From the NCBI GenBank assembly GCA_000146045.2, contig BK006948.2, forward strand, positions 704,001 to 768,000: a stretch of DNA of 64,000 bases. The letters are read 5' to 3'. The translations under genes and the position numbers were made by a program. This document shows positions 8,866 through 23,234 of the stretch, piece after piece (position 1 is the first letter of the stretch; the number at the start of each line of letters is the position of its first letter). Source of the stretch: TPA_inf: Saccharomyces. Taxonomy: Eukaryota. Below the pieces are notes generated by a model. That model saw only the letters and a program-made list of their open reading frames with translations. It ran no database searches and had not been told where the DNA came from.

Positions 8866-11331
8866 ATGAACGAAGTTCCTACCACTCCAGTTAGGCTTAT
8901 TTTAGGGCAAGCTCAGCAACGCGAGCAGAATTCAGAAAACTGTTCGCAAGAACGTAACCCACGCACGTTTAATTCCGAACCGGATTCCAGCTTTAACTCT
9001 CCTGGTTCCTCCCAGTTCGTGATACATCCTCATGAACCGCTCGAGAAGGAGAAAGATGAGAAGCAGGATTTAGACCGCTCGATTGATTACGGTAGGTCAT
9101 CAGCTCTTAACAACAAGAATAATGCCAATCCATTAGAGAATATAGACATAAATAAAATGTTTGATGACAAAAAATCAGATTCAGGTACCAATGATGATAA
9201 AGGAGGCGCAAGTACTAGTGATAAGCATGTCCTTGCATTGAATTATTCACCGATCAGAGTTGAAATGAACTCCTCAGAGAAACGAAGCGACAAAAACGTG
9301 GACGTAGATGAAAATGATAAAGAAGGTAGCCATATTAATAAAAAATTGAAATTGCAGTTAGAATCAGTACCTGATTTGAAACAAAGCTCTACTAAAGATA
9401 TCATTAATGACAAAGAAGAAATTATGTCGTCTCCAATGGCGATTGATATGATTGAGACCAACATAAGCCCAAATAAATTCATAATAAACGACGGAGTTGA
9501 AAGAAACGATAGTTTCAATATCAATACCGACACACTTAAATTAGAAAATGATATAAATGAGAAACAACAAGAGGAAGACTTCATAAAATCTAACAGTAAC
9601 AATGTGGTTAATATTGACAATGCTTATAAGGAAAAGGAGGACGAAGAAAATGATATAACAAATTCTCATATAAACAGGCTTACTCCTTTGTATGAGACTT
9701 CTGCAAGGGAGTCGAACTCAAATGAAGAGGGGAGGAATGACTACGATGATGACAACCAACTTGATATTAGACATGACAATTTTCAGATTGTAGCAAAAAG
9801 AAACGAGGAGCTCACTGATCAGATATATCACTTAAATCAAATGTTAAACTCTTTGATTTCCAAAAATGAATCATTGTCTTTTCAATACGAGAAATTGAAC
9901 AAAAATCACCAACTACTAATAGATTTGACAAATGAAAAGTTAGATAAACTAAATACAGAAAGAGAGAGCGATATTGCCAAGGTGGAAAAATTCAAAAAGA
10001 GGATTAAGGAGTTGAATACAGAAATTAAGGTATTGAATTCCAACCAAAAAATATTACAAGAAAAATTCGATGCCTCAATTACTGAAGTAAATCATATAAA
10101 GGGCGAACATGAAAATACTGTCAACACTTTGCAGCAAAATGAGAAAATTTTAAATGATAAAAATGTAGAACTGGAAAATATGAAAGCAGAATTGAAAGGC
10201 AATAATGATAAATTATCCGAATATGAGACCACGTTAAATGACTTGAATTCTCGCATTGTGCAACTGAATGATAAGATTGAAAGCACAGATATTGTTTTGA
10301 AATCTAAAGAGAACGAACTAGATAATTTAAAATTGAGTTTGAAGGAAACTTTATCGATTTCTAAGGACTTCAACGACTCTGACCTTATAGGACAAATTAA
10401 TGAGCTAATATCTACAAAAAACAACTTGCAACAAAAAATGGATGATTTGAATAACCTGAACGACGATAATTTGAAGGTAGTACAGGATAAATTAATTAAA
10501 AATGAGGAGACGCTAAAACTAAAAGAAGCTGAAATTGATTCATTGAATAGTGAAATGGACGAGCTAAAAAAACAGATCACTTCAAAAGATGATGAATTTA
10601 AGATGTGGCAAAGTAAATACGAAACTGTCGAAGACGAAGCTAAGATACGCAATGCCGAAGTTACAGAGTTGAACGGAGATATTGAAGATCTAAAGGAATC
10701 AAAATTGCATTTGGAAGAAACAATTACGGAACTAGAAAACAAAGTTCATAAACTAGAAAATGAGTGTGAACTGGAGAAACAAAAATTCGAAAAAACTTCG
10801 CTAGAATTAGAAAGCTTACAACTAAAAAATAGTAACATTCAGGCTGAGCACATCAAAGAATTGGAAAATCTTCATGAAAACCTTATTTCTCTTCAAAATG
10901 AATTGAAGATTTCATCCGACAGGATAACAACATTAACAAAAGAAAATGAAGTATTAATGGAACAAAATAATAATAACAATAATAGCGTTACTTTAAGCAA
11001 TGATCAAAAGGATAGAGATGATGAAAAAATTAAATCATTAGGAAAACAAGTACAAGATTGGAAAGAAAAGTATGAGGCCAAAGAAAAAGATACAAATAAA
11101 AGGCTAAAGTTATTAGCAGAAGATTTGTATATCCAGTATTCATCCAAACACGAACAAAAGGTCAAACTGTTGAAAAAAGGCTATGAAAACAAGTACCAAA
11201 ATAAGTTTGATCAATTAAATTTAGAAAATAAAACTCTGTCAGAAGAAATCGAGCAATTGAACAAGCAGCTGTCTTCAGAAAGAGAAGAAAAGCAGGAGTT
11301 ACTCAAGTTGTTAGAAAATGAAAAAAAATAA
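8866..11331 (+). CDS. SLK19: Kinetochore/spindle-midzone coiled-coil protein Slk19 (FEAR network), 821 aa.
   Basis: 821 aa. The N-terminus is S/N/D-rich and the C-terminal 500 aa are heptad-rich coiled coil (LENEL, LKLKEAEIDSLNSEMDELKKQ). Confidence 0.85.
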   Translation: MNEVPTTPVRLILGQAQQREQNSENCSQERNPRTFNSEPDSSFNSPGSSQFVIHPHEPLEKEKDEKQDLDRSIDYGRSSALNNKNNANPLENIDINKMFDDKKSDSGTNDDKGGASTSDKHVLALNYSPIRVEMNSSEKRSDKNVDVDENDKEGSHINKKLKLQLESVPDLKQSSTKDIINDKEEIMSSPMAIDMIETNISPNKFIINDGVERNDSFNINTDTLKLENDINEKQQEEDFIKSNSNNVVNIDNAYKEKEDEENDITNSHINRLTPLYETSARESNSNEEGRNDYDDDNQLDIRHDNFQIVAKRNEELTDQIYHLNQMLNSLISKNESLSFQYEKLNKNHQLLIDLTNEKLDKLNTERESDIAKVEKFKKRIKELNTEIKVLNSNQKILQEKFDASITEVNHIKGEHENTVNTLQQNEKILNDKNVELENMKAELKGNNDKLSEYETTLNDLNSRIVQLNDKIESTDIVLKSKENELDNLKLSLKETLSISKDFNDSDLIGQINELISTKNNLQQKMDDLNNLNDDNLKVVQDKLIKNEETLKLKEAEIDSLNSEMDELKKQITSKDDEFKMWQSKYETVEDEAKIRNAEVTELNGDIEDLKESKLHLEETITELENKVHKLENECELEKQKFEKTSLELESLQLKNSNIQAEHIKELENLHENLISLQNELKISSDRITTLTKENEVLMEQNNNNNNSVTLSNDQKDRDDEKIKSLGKQVQDWKEKYEAKEKDTNKRLKLLAEDLYIQYSSKHEQKVKLLKKGYENKYQNKFDQLNLENKTLSEEIEQLNKQLSSEREEKQELLKLLENEKK

Positions 11332-11592
11332 ACGCATTTTTTTCTTTTGCATTTTATCTTTTCCCTTAATATGTCATGAGAATAAAATATTAAGGATATA
11401 CCGTAAATATACAAATTCGTATCGAATATTTGATATTGTTTCCTAACTTTTCTGTGTTAAAAATAAATATGCAAAAACATACTAACCATAAAAATAAATA
11501 AAATACAAGATATAAATAAATAATCCAGCAAGCAAAGACATTGCGGTCCATGCCATAATTGTTTTCTTCCAACTATTAGATTTCAGTGTGCA

Positions 11593-12837
11593 TTATTTCA
11601 TGTTTCTTTTCTTCAAAACGTTCTCAATAAATGCTTCACCAGCCTTATATGACGATCTTACTAGGGGTCCAGATGCACAATACAAGAATCCCATCTCTAA
11701 AGCTCTCTCTTTCCAGTAGTCAAACTTTTCGGGTTTCACATATTCTACGACTTTCATATGTCTCTTGGTTGGCCTCATATATTGACCAAATGTAACAACA
11801 TCACATTGAATATTGCGCAAATCCTTCAAAGTTTGAGTAATTTGCTCATCAGTTTCTCCTAGACCCAGCATTATTGATGTTTTAGTAATCAGTGACGGAA
11901 CCGTAGCTTTTGCCCTTTCTAAAACACTCAAAGACTGTCTATAAGTAGCTCTTCTGTCTCTGACATGTGGTGTTAGTGATTCAACTGTTTCCAAATTATG
12001 TGCGTAAACATCAAGCCCACATTGTGCCATAATGTCCACCATCTTCAAATCACCTCTGAAATCACCAGAAAGAGTCTCTACAAGAGTATTTGGTGCCTTC
12101 TGTTTGATTTTGCGAACCGTCTCGGCCAGGTGATTAGCACCACCATCGACTAAATCGTCCCTATCAACGGTAGTTAAAACAACATAACCCAACCCCCATC
12201 TTTTGATAGCTTCGGCAGTATTTTCGGGCTCCATTGGGTCCGGCTTACTAGGCGTTCTATTGGTCTTCACAGAACAAAACCTACATCCACGAGTGCAAGT
12301 ATCACCAAGCAGCATAATTGTTGCCGTTGCCTTAGATTTATCTTTGCCTCCCCAACATTCACCAATATTGGGACATCTTGCCTCCTCACAAACAGTACTC
12401 AGGCCTAATTCTTTTACGTCGCCTTTCAATTTATGGTAATTGGTACCCTTAGGAATAGGAACCTTAAGCCAACGAGGTAGTTTTTTAGCTTCCTCTGTAT
12501 TTTGCCTTGCCTTCTCCAGAGGGTCCAAGATCATTTTCGAAGCTTTACCTGAAACAAAATCTGCAAAAGATGGACCCAAATTAAGAGCATCTTTGAACTC
12601 TGTAATTCTTTTTCTGTTCCCCTTGCGTCTTTTTCCCGAAGTCCCTGTTAACTGACTGGTTGCATTTTCAACCTCAGTTGAATTTCCAACTGGTACCCTA
12701 ACGCTAGCGTTATCTGAATCAGTATTCAATGCATTGGATCTTATTGGCCGAGTTGCGCTCGTTCCACACCTAATAGTGGACGAAATCCATCTTGTATTTC
12801 TCCCAACAAATAGTACTCCAACAGATCGTCTATACAT
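11593..12837 (-). CDS. LIP5: Mitochondrial lipoyl synthase (radical SAM), 414 aa.
   Basis: It has the [13 protein letters not shown] auxiliary-cluster motif, the CTRGCRFC radical-SAM CX3CX2C motif, and an N-terminal mitochondrial presequence. Confidence 0.92.
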   Translation of the reverse strand: MYRRSVGVLFVGRNTRWISSTIRCGTSATRPIRSNALNTDSDNASVRVPVGNSTEVENATSQLTGTSGKRRKGNRKRITEFKDALNLGPSFADFVSGKASKMILDPLEKARQNTEEAKKLPRWLKVPIPKGTNYHKLKGDVKELGLSTVCEEARCPNIGECWGGKDKSKATATIMLLGDTCTRGCRFCSVKTNRTPSKPDPMEPENTAEAIKRWGLGYVVLTTVDRDDLVDGGANHLAETVRKIKQKAPNTLVETLSGDFRGDLKMVDIMAQCGLDVYAHNLETVESLTPHVRDRRATYRQSLSVLERAKATVPSLITKTSIMLGLGETDEQITQTLKDLRNIQCDVVTFGQYMRPTKRHMKVVEYVKPEKFDYWKERALEMGFLYCASGPLVRSSYKAGEAFIENVLKKRNMK

Positions 12838-13085
12838 TATTGTGGCTTAACAGTTCTCCTTAAAATCCACATAACTGACAAAACTGGATACTTAATGCCC
12901 ATCGAGTCATATACATATATTTGATTACTACAAGTGCTTTTCAAATAACTGCTTCGAGAAAAGCGTCCGGGTAATAACAACTATTGAAAAAGCATGGCTT
13001 CGCATTAATAGGAGCCAAAAATATGAAGATGAGCCTCGAAGTTTATCTAAACTACCACCAAAGAAGACCGACTAGATTTACAATC

Positions 13086-14384
13086 ATGTATCCAGGTAGT
13101 GGACGTTACACCTACAACAACGCTGGTGGTAATAATGGCTACCAACGGCCCATGGCTCCTCCACCTAACCAGCAGTATGGACAGCAATATGGTCAGCAAT
13201 ATGAACAGCAGTATGGACAGCAATATGGGCAACAAAATGATCAGCAATTCAGTCAGCAATATGCTCCACCACCAGGTCCTCCCCCTATGGCTTATAACAG
13301 GCCTGTGTATCCCCCCCCTCAATTCCAGCAGGAACAGGCAAAGGCACAATTAAGCAACGGCTACAACAATCCTAATGTAAACGCATCCAATATGTACGGT
13401 CCACCCCAGAATATGTCATTACCTCCACCTCAAACACAAACTATTCAAGGTACAGACCAACCTTATCAGTATTCTCAATGTACTGGGCGTAGAAAGGCTT
13501 TGATTATCGGTATAAACTACATAGGTTCAAAAAATCAACTGCGTGGTTGTATCAATGATGCTCATAACATCTTCAACTTTTTGACTAATGGGTACGGTTA
13601 CAGTTCAGATGACATTGTCATATTAACTGATGATCAGAACGATTTGGTCAGGGTTCCCACTAGGGCTAATATGATTAGGGCCATGCAATGGTTGGTCAAG
13701 GATGCGCAACCCAATGATTCTTTGTTCCTTCATTATTCTGGACATGGTGGCCAAACTGAAGATTTGGATGGGGACGAAGAAGATGGGATGGATGATGTTA
13801 TATATCCGGTCGATTTCGAAACTCAAGGGCCAATTATCGACGATGAAATGCACGATATAATGGTGAAGCCCTTACAACAAGGTGTTAGACTAACAGCATT
13901 GTTTGACTCTTGTCATTCGGGTACAGTGTTGGATCTTCCATATACCTATTCTACTAAGGGTATTATTAAGGAGCCCAATATTTGGAAGGATGTTGGCCAA
14001 GATGGCCTGCAAGCAGCTATTTCATATGCCACAGGAAACAGGGCTGCTTTGATTGGTTCTTTAGGTTCTATATTCAAGACCGTTAAGGGAGGTATGGGCA
14101 ATAATGTGGATAGAGAACGCGTGAGACAGATCAAATTCTCAGCAGCAGATGTTGTTATGTTATCAGGTTCGAAGGATAATCAAACTTCTGCAGATGCTGT
14201 CGAAGATGGGCAAAATACAGGTGCAATGTCCCACGCCTTCATCAAGGTTATGACTTTACAACCACAGCAATCATATTTATCTCTTTTACAGAACATGAGG
14301 AAAGAATTGGCTGGTAAGTATTCTCAAAAACCACAATTATCATCGTCACACCCTATTGACGTAAATCTGCAATTTATTATGTAG
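13086..14384 (+). CDS. MCA1: Metacaspase (type I, Ca-dependent Cys protease) with a Q/N-rich prion-like N-terminus, 432 aa from the MYPGSG start.
   Basis: It has the caspase His/Cys dyad motifs HYSGHGG and DSCHSGT and the [22 protein letters not shown] repeats. The open frame extends upstream to 12984, with in-frame ATGs at 13023 and 13029. Confidence 0.9.
   Translation: MYPGSGRYTYNNAGGNNGYQRPMAPPPNQQYGQQYGQQYEQQYGQQYGQQNDQQFSQQYAPPPGPPPMAYNRPVYPPPQFQQEQAKAQLSNGYNNPNVNASNMYGPPQNMSLPPPQTQTIQGTDQPYQYSQCTGRRKALIIGINYIGSKNQLRGCINDAHNIFNFLTNGYGYSSDDIVILTDDQNDLVRVPTRANMIRAMQWLVKDAQPNDSLFLHYSGHGGQTEDLDGDEEDGMDDVIYPVDFETQGPIIDDEMHDIMVKPLQQGVRLTALFDSCHSGTVLDLPYTYSTKGIIKEPNIWKDVGQDGLQAAISYATGNRAALIGSLGSIFKTVKGGMGNNVDRERVRQIKFSAADVVMLSGSKDNQTSADAVEDGQNTGAMSHAFIKVMTLQPQQSYLSLLQNMRKELAGKYSQKPQLSSSHPIDVNLQFIM
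13170..13263 (+). repeat. Tandem ~12-nt coding repeat (CAG CAR TAT GGN) giving the (QQYG)n block.
   Basis: cagcagtatggacagcaatatggtcagcaatatgaacagcagtatggacagcaatatgggcaacaa... is seen directly. Confidence 0.85.
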
Positions 14385-14652
14385 AAATATATGAATGTGT
14401 ACGTTGGTAGATGTATTCAGACTGGTGTAGTATGTGATTCAATTTTTATTTTTTTAGAAAGCAGAAACAATCTAAGCTATTAATACTATATACATATAGG
14501 CAAAGATATATAGGGAATAGGCATTTTGGAAAATAAGACCATGTGTTTTTTTAACGTAGTGAATACTAAGTACAGAAAAAAACATCACCTCAACCAAAGA
14601 AAAATTAAGTAATGAAGAAAGATCAGGAGAAAAATTTTTTTCTACTTCAGGT

Positions 14653-16065
14653 TTAATTTTCTTTATCTTTTTCAGACTCTTCCTGTTCTTTCAATCTTTT
14701 TTCTTCCAATTCCTTTTTTACTTGTTGCTCTTTGTTAGAGTAGTCCAAATTTAATTTCTCAATTTCCTTTTCGACAGATTCAATGTTTTGTTTTGTTTGC
14801 TCTTCTTGTTTCGACAAAAGCTCTTCATGCTTCTTCTTCAATTGCTCAACGGTGATCTTGACATCATCACTGTTGATTGGGACAGTTACGTCTAATTCGG
14901 CCAAAGTAGCAATTAGTGTTGGTTCTAAAGTAAACTTGCCATCGACTTTGTTGAAAATAGAAGCAGGTTGCTCATTTTCAGTGTTCTTCTGTTGGTTCTT
15001 CTTCTTGTATTTCTTAGATTTAGATGGAGCAACATTGACAAAATCATCCTTCTTTGGAGTGACCAAAACCAAATCATCAGCAACAACTTTTCTGGCAGGC
15101 TTGGTCTCCAAAGCATTGCTACTCAAGTCAGGCAGGATGTTTTTCTTTGGTTTCACATAAGTTGGGTCCAGGACAAGCAAAGAATTCTCAATGGCACCGA
15201 TTTCATAAGTGAAGGCTGGAATCTTGGCATGAGTCAACTTTTCTTGCAATTTACCCATATCAACATCTTTCTGTTCCAAAAGTTTGGATAATCTTTGTTC
15301 TTCTTCACGTTTCAAACGTTCTTTGTCCAATTTGGCTCTGAATGATTTGAATTCGTTGTCAAAGTCAGCTCTGATCTGTCTGATTTGACTGTATAATTCG
15401 TCACGCTTCTTGTACAAGGCAGCACGTTTGTTGAATAAAGTTTGTCTTTTGTCGTAAACACCTTGAGTTTTTGAATGGATATCGTTCAATTTTTGCTGGT
15501 TCTCTTCGAATTGGTTGGAGACATCCTTTGGATTCAATCCGTTCAATTCTTCCTTCAATTGATTGATTTTAGCCTTGTCAGCATCAACAGACTTTCTGAT
15601 TGGCTCGATGTTAACTAAGTCCTTAATCAATTTGTTCAAAGATTGCATTTCTTTGACTAGTAGTTTTTCTTGAACCAAAGAAAGGTCACCAGAGGCAATA
15701 GACTCTTCAATCTCATTGATTCTTTGCTTGGCTTCTGCAGTGGACGAGAACTTGGCCTTTTTGCCTAACTTCTCCTCAATTTGGTTGTTTTTTCTCTTGA
15801 TTTGAGCATCCAATTGCTTAATAGAGTCGTGAATGTTGCTTCTACGGGTTTTCAAGTCAGCTTGGATCTTGATGATCTCCTTGTTCTTATCCTGTAACTT
15901 CTTACGTTCTTGTTGGGTGGTATCGTTGACCTGGTGTTGATCGATTTGCTTTCTAATTAAACCGATTTCAGTGTCGATTTTTTTCAATTGAACGTTAAGA
16001 GTGTCCAATTTCTTGTCTCTAACGGAGACATCTGGGCGCTTGAACTTGTGTTGTTGGGAGGACAT
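14653..16065 (-). CDS. BFR1: Polysome/mRNP-associated coiled-coil protein Bfr1, 470 aa.
   Basis: Reads MSSQQHKFKRPDVSVRDKKLDTLNVQLKKIDTEIGLIRKQ... and is a K/E-rich coiled coil, recognised. Confidence 0.88.
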   Translation of the reverse strand: MSSQQHKFKRPDVSVRDKKLDTLNVQLKKIDTEIGLIRKQIDQHQVNDTTQQERKKLQDKNKEIIKIQADLKTRRSNIHDSIKQLDAQIKRKNNQIEEKLGKKAKFSSTAEAKQRINEIEESIASGDLSLVQEKLLVKEMQSLNKLIKDLVNIEPIRKSVDADKAKINQLKEELNGLNPKDVSNQFEENQQKLNDIHSKTQGVYDKRQTLFNKRAALYKKRDELYSQIRQIRADFDNEFKSFRAKLDKERLKREEEQRLSKLLEQKDVDMGKLQEKLTHAKIPAFTYEIGAIENSLLVLDPTYVKPKKNILPDLSSNALETKPARKVVADDLVLVTPKKDDFVNVAPSKSKKYKKKNQQKNTENEQPASIFNKVDGKFTLEPTLIATLAELDVTVPINSDDVKITVEQLKKKHEELLSKQEEQTKQNIESVEKEIEKLNLDYSNKEQQVKKELEEKRLKEQEESEKDKEN

Positions 16066-16469
16066 GGCAATGGCTGTGTTGTTAGAAAATATGCTATTAC
16101 GTTGATAAAAGGAGGAAAGGTGAAATCAGTTCAAAAATGTGAATGAAACTGAACGAAGAAATGACCAGAATGAGTGAAAAATGGAGATGGAGGGGCAAAA
16201 TGAAAAAAAAAAAAAGGATGAACCTAAAATAGAAAATAGACTCCGTCGTACTTTAATGCTATGTATAACGCAACCAAGCAATTTTCGAAACTCAATTTGG
16301 CTTATAAATGTTCGAGATAAAATGCGAATTACGTGTTCAACGTCGTCGAGATCAGTTATTTTTTTTCACCGCCACAGTGCGGGTAAGCAATTTTTCGCGT
16401 ACCACCACCATTACACATGTATAATGTATATAGGCTTATTATGTATGTTTGTGCTACTTTATATGACGG

Positions 16470-17708
16470 TTATTTACAAGTTAGAATATTATCTATTAAC
16501 AATGCAGTAGCCACGCTTACGTTTAGTGAGTCAACAATGGGTTCTGGGGCCCGATTGCCTTTCTCAATGCCACCAAAGGGAATTTCGACGAAGAAGTCAC
16601 TCCTCATCTTCAAATTCGTTCTTACGCCCTGGCTTTCGTTCCCCACCACTAGAACAACAGGCAGCTCGTTACATAATCCGTTCAAATCGTGCATGCTAAT
16701 AGTTTTTCCAACAGTGTATTTTTCTGACGTGGCATTAGCTAAGTGGCTTGTAATAAACGTCCAGCCACCCATTTCTTGTGATTTAGTAAAAAACTCTAAC
16801 GGTTTATCAACGTAAAATATGGGCAGAAGTTCGAGGGCCCCACTGCTTGTCTTGGACACCACAGGCGTCAAAGGAGAGCAGTTTCTTCTCGACATCACAA
16901 TGAAGTCAACCCCCAGGAAGTAAGCGCTTCTAATAATGGCACCGATATTGTGAGGGTCAGTTATTTCATCCAGATATAACCCGAGAGGAAACTTCTTAGC
17001 GTCTGTTTTCGTACCATAAGGCAGTTCATGAGGTATATTTTCGTTATTGAAGCCCAGCTCGTGAATGCTTAATGCTGCTGAACTGGTGTCCATGTCGCCT
17101 AGGTACGCAATCTCCACAGGCTGCAAAGGTTTTGTCTCAAGAGCAATGTTATTGTGCACCCCGTAATTGGTCAACAAGTTTAATCTGTGCTTGTCCACCA
17201 GCTCTGTCGTAACCTTCAGTTCATCGACTATCTGAAGAAATTTACTAGGAATAGTGCCATGGTACAGCAACCGAGAATGGCAATTTCTACTCGGGTTCAG
17301 CAACGCTGCATAAACGCTGTTGGTGCCGTAGACATATTCGAAGATAGGATTATCATTCATAAGTTTCAGAGCAATGTCCTTATTCTGGAACTTGGATTTA
17401 TGGCTCTTTTGGTTTAATTTCGCCTGATTCTTGATCTCCTTTAGCTTCTCGACGTGGGCCTTTTTCTTGCCATATGGATCCGCTGCACGGTCCTGTTCCC
17501 TAGCATGTACGTGAGCGTATTTCCTTTTAAACCACGACGCTTTGTCTTCATTCAACGTTTCCCATTGTTTTTTTCTACTATTGCTTTGCTGTGGGAAAAA
17601 CTTATCGAAAGATGACGACTTTTTCTTAATTCTCGTTTTAAGAGCTTGGTGAGCGCTAGGAGTCACTGCCAGGTATCGTTTGAACACGGCATTAGTCAGG
17701 GAAGTCAT
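16470..17708 (-). CDS. MRM1: Mitochondrial 21S rRNA 2'-O-ribose methyltransferase (SpoU/TrmH family), 412 aa.
   Basis: It has a C-terminal SpoU-type methyltransferase fold (LVVGNESQGV...EIPFGG...LNVSVATALL) and an N-terminal presequence. It is also known as PET56 and is divergent from HIS3. Confidence 0.88.
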   Translation of the reverse strand: MTSLTNAVFKRYLAVTPSAHQALKTRIKKKSSSFDKFFPQQSNSRKKQWETLNEDKASWFKRKYAHVHAREQDRAADPYGKKKAHVEKLKEIKNQAKLNQKSHKSKFQNKDIALKLMNDNPIFEYVYGTNSVYAALLNPSRNCHSRLLYHGTIPSKFLQIVDELKVTTELVDKHRLNLLTNYGVHNNIALETKPLQPVEIAYLGDMDTSSAALSIHELGFNNENIPHELPYGTKTDAKKFPLGLYLDEITDPHNIGAIIRSAYFLGVDFIVMSRRNCSPLTPVVSKTSSGALELLPIFYVDKPLEFFTKSQEMGGWTFITSHLANATSEKYTVGKTISMHDLNGLCNELPVVLVVGNESQGVRTNLKMRSDFFVEIPFGGIEKGNRAPEPIVDSLNVSVATALLIDNILTCK

Positions 17709-17790
17709 AACACAGTCCTTTCCCGCAATTTTCTTTTTCTATTACTCTTGGCCTCCTCTAGTACACTCTATATTTTTTTATGCCTCGGTA

Positions 17791-17801
17791 ATGATTTTCA
17801 T
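17791..17801. promoter_or_regulatory. Poly(dA:dT) tract (T11) in the MRM1/HIS3 divergent promoter.
   Basis: The homopolymer is seen directly. This is the known nucleosome-excluding element of the HIS3/PET56 promoter. Confidence 0.75.
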
Positions 17802-17812
17802 TTTTTTTTTTC

Positions 17813-17819
17813 CACCTAG
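17813..17819 (+). promoter_or_regulatory. Gcn4 response element ATGACTC (GCRE) of the HIS3 promoter.
   Basis: ggATGACTCttttttt sits 127 bp upstream of the HIS3 ATG and matches the classic HIS3 regulatory site. Confidence 0.8.
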
Positions 17820-17865
17820 CGGATGACTCTTTTTTTTTCTTAGCGATTGGCATTATCACATAATG

Positions 17866-17873
17866 AATTATAC
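17866..17873 (+). promoter_or_regulatory. HIS3 regulatory TATA element TATATAAA (TR).
   Basis: tacatTATATAAAgtaatg sits about 75 bp upstream of the ATG. Confidence 0.7.
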
Positions 17874-17933
17874 ATTATATAAAGTAATGTGATTTCTTCG
17901 AAGAATATACTAAAAAATGAGCAGGCAAGATAA

Positions 17934-18608
<675 letters not shown>

Positions 18609-18823
18609 TGACACCGATTATTTAAAGCTGCAGCATACGATATATATACATGTGTATATATGTATACCTATGAATGTCAGTAAGTATGTATACGAACAGT
18701 ATGATACTGAAGATGACAAGGTAATGCATCATTCTATACGTGTCATTCTGAACGAGGCGCGCTTTCCTTTTTTCTTTTTGCTTTTTCTTTTTTTTTCTCT
18801 TGAACTCGAGAAAAAAAATATAA

Positions 18824-20725
<1,902 letters not shown>

Positions 20726-21563
20726 TTTCAGACAAACTAGGGTGAGGATTCTTCGTTTTCTGCTCTAGCATGTCTTATATTTTCTTTCTCCAATCACTTT
20801 TTTTATCCAAGTCCTGAAAATACTGTGTTGTTTGTTTCTCTCTAGCCGTTGATTGGCCCCATATTTTTTTTATTTTCTCACTGGGAGCCACTAATCTGTT
20901 ACTTTTTTTCCACTCTTATTTTTTATCCATCGTTTTTTTGTTTTTTTTTTCTTTCATGGTTCTAATATTATTTTACAATTGTACTATAAAATGCCTTTGC
21001 TAATATTAACTAAAAAACTAAAGATTTCACTATGATTATAAGCAATTAAGATTTTCATCTTTTAGTGAAAAGATGAAGGAATTATTATCTACTTTTACTA
21101 TATTTTCCACTATTTTTGCTTAATTGCTTTAACCGATCTATTCATTGGACTGATTATTTACATTATCTTTTATTTCCACTTCCACTTTTTCAGTTTTCTT
21201 CGAATAGAGACTTTATTTTGAACAGTTTTTTCGACCTTTTTTGTTTGTTATTGTTTCTTTTTACCTTACGAAAATATTCTTACTGTTCACAGTACCATTG
21301 TATAATAGTATTCATTTCCTTCCTACATTTTCTCTCCCTTTTTTGAGTTGAGGCCTTTTTATTGACTCGCCTTATACTCTACTTTATTTGTGTTTTGTAG
21401 ATAGAATAAACATCAACAGTATAATTCATAATACTTTCTATTGCTTATTTCCTGTATATTCGTTTTTGAATATACTTTGTTCCCAACTTTCTTTTTAGTT
21501 TACTTACATTCATATTTACATGTGCGTTACTACTTATTGGTGCAACCAAGTGAACAGCGAGTC

Positions 21564-23234
21564 TTACCATTGGTAGTACCAATAGGGATTCTTTTTTTTT
21601 TCTAGGTGTTGAACCAAATCATAAGGATCATCGTCGACAAATCTTCTAGCAGATAAATCTTTCTCGGTTTTTTCTAAATACGACTTCTTCACTGCGTTCA
21701 AAGTATCAGCTTCATCCGGGGCCATCTCATACAGGGAACTGATGATCGGTCTATCTCTGGGACAGCTTGACTCTTTACCATTTGTTTCAATGTAACGCTG
21801 GTAGCCAGACTCAATCAAGTTTTCTAGCGGTTCCCTTATACCTACTTGGATACCCCTAGGTATCCATATCTCATGTAGTCCTTTGAACTCATACCTCCCA
21901 GTTGTCCTTAATAAAATATATCCTATATCTTTCAGAACGATCTCTATACTTCCAATAAATGGAGGTATTGCGTACCTTTTGTACTGGCTTTTTTCGCATA
22001 TAACGCTTTTAATTCCACAATACCGTGATAACGGATGTGTGCCAGATGATGAATTGCACGAGTTGAATACATCAATACCTTTTTCAATGTTCTTGAATGT
22101 TTTTGATGGTCCTGGTATGTATTTCACAATCTGATTTATGGATCCTTTCGGAGGTACCAGGTAGAAAATCCCTCCCACGGTATAACAGCCTCCCTGTGAT
22201 GTGCCCTTCATAGACTCATAAGTCTTCTGTTTTATATGCTTCCGATTGAATAAATCGGTTTTTCGCAGCCTTTGAAGCCAACGCTCGTCGATTAGTTCTT
22301 CTAGGCGTAATCTGGAGGTGGAAGTTGAATAGCCTGGAAGATCAAAAAGTATTTTACCTCCAACTTGGTAGGCTTGTACGGATCTAGTTAAATTGGGAAT
22401 ATGTGATACACCAGCAGCTTGAATCTTGAAAAAATTCTTCGGGTTCGTAAAAGCTTCTTGCATCACTTCTTCAGAGGGGGAGTTAATTTTCCCAGTAGAA
22501 TCAATTTTAACCTTATATCCAAGATATTTCTGTAGTAGAGTATTGATCAAAGTTGATTTACCAACATTAGGGTTGCCTAGCAAATATGTGTAGTTTTTAA
22601 AGTAGTTGTAAAACATGGATATGTTCCAGTTTTTCAGCGCAGATATGGCGAATGTTTTATTTGAGTCAATTCTTAAAGTGTTCTTTAAAAATTGCTTCAT
22701 GAATATAGGAACCTTTTTGCTGACAGCATTTTTATCTTTAAAAACTTGATCGCTTTTCGTTAACACTAATGTAGTATCTAAATCATTTCGTTTCAAAACA
22801 TTGGGGTCTAAATGTAAGGGAAATTCTACAAAGGGGACAATATGCATAACATTTGAGCCTCTGGGGACGTAGTTCAGAATATCATTTAATGTGCTTTCGG
22901 GAAACTCTTCCGGGTTATAATTGTTATGATGAAGGGCATTACTGCACCTTTTGCAAATCACTCTCAATAGTAAATCTCTTTTGGTTTTGAGGTCAGGATC
23001 ATTTTGAGTTGCCTGTTTCGAGAGCTGTATGTCTTGACTGAATAGCAAATACTTCAGATCTTGGAGGTCAGGATTTAGTTTTGAGTCGGGTAGACTTTTT
23101 GGCTTCGTATAATATCCTGGTTTACTAGGATCCTGATCCTGTAGTTTTATGGAACATGACGCACATTTCACTTTCACAATCACAGAACAGGAAAACTGAC
23201 GTACGCCTCGAAGAGCATGACACAGATTCAACAT
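21564..23234 (-). CDS. GEP3: Mitochondrial YqeH-like GTPase for small-subunit ribosome biogenesis, 556 aa.
   Basis: It has a circularly permuted GTPase with the G motifs [12 protein letters not shown] and DLPG, and an N-terminal Cys-rich segment. Confidence 0.82.
   Translation of the reverse strand: MLNLCHALRGVRQFSCSVIVKVKCASCSIKLQDQDPSKPGYYTKPKSLPDSKLNPDLQDLKYLLFSQDIQLSKQATQNDPDLKTKRDLLLRVICKRCSNALHHNNYNPEEFPESTLNDILNYVPRGSNVMHIVPFVEFPLHLDPNVLKRNDLDTTLVLTKSDQVFKDKNAVSKKVPIFMKQFLKNTLRIDSNKTFAISALKNWNISMFYNYFKNYTYLLGNPNVGKSTLINTLLQKYLGYKVKIDSTGKINSPSEEVMQEAFTNPKNFFKIQAAGVSHIPNLTRSVQAYQVGGKILFDLPGYSTSTSRLRLEELIDERWLQRLRKTDLFNRKHIKQKTYESMKGTSQGGCYTVGGIFYLVPPKGSINQIVKYIPGPSKTFKNIEKGIDVFNSCNSSSGTHPLSRYCGIKSVICEKSQYKRYAIPPFIGSIEIVLKDIGYILLRTTGRYEFKGLHEIWIPRGIQVGIREPLENLIESGYQRYIETNGKESSCPRDRPIISSLYEMAPDEADTLNAVKKSYLEKTEKDLSARRFVDDDPYDLVQHLEKKKNPYWYYQW

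Noticed and set aside
10092-10742. 216-aa minus-strand ORF inside SLK19.
   Set aside because: It is an antisense reading of an E/K/L-rich coiled-coil gene, which automatically yields long F/S/L-rich open frames. It is a compositional artefact.
13047-13353. ORFs antisense to, or out of frame with, the MCA1 Q-rich repeat.
   Set aside because: Repeat-driven open frames, with the real frame being MCA1.
16181-16815. Plus-strand ORFs 16181-16510 (109 aa) and 16417-16815 (132 aa).
   Set aside because: They overlap the 3' end of, and lie antisense to, the well-conserved MRM1 methyltransferase. They are low-complexity with no domain. They correspond to the dubious ORFs YOR199W and YOR200W and are unlikely to be protein-coding.
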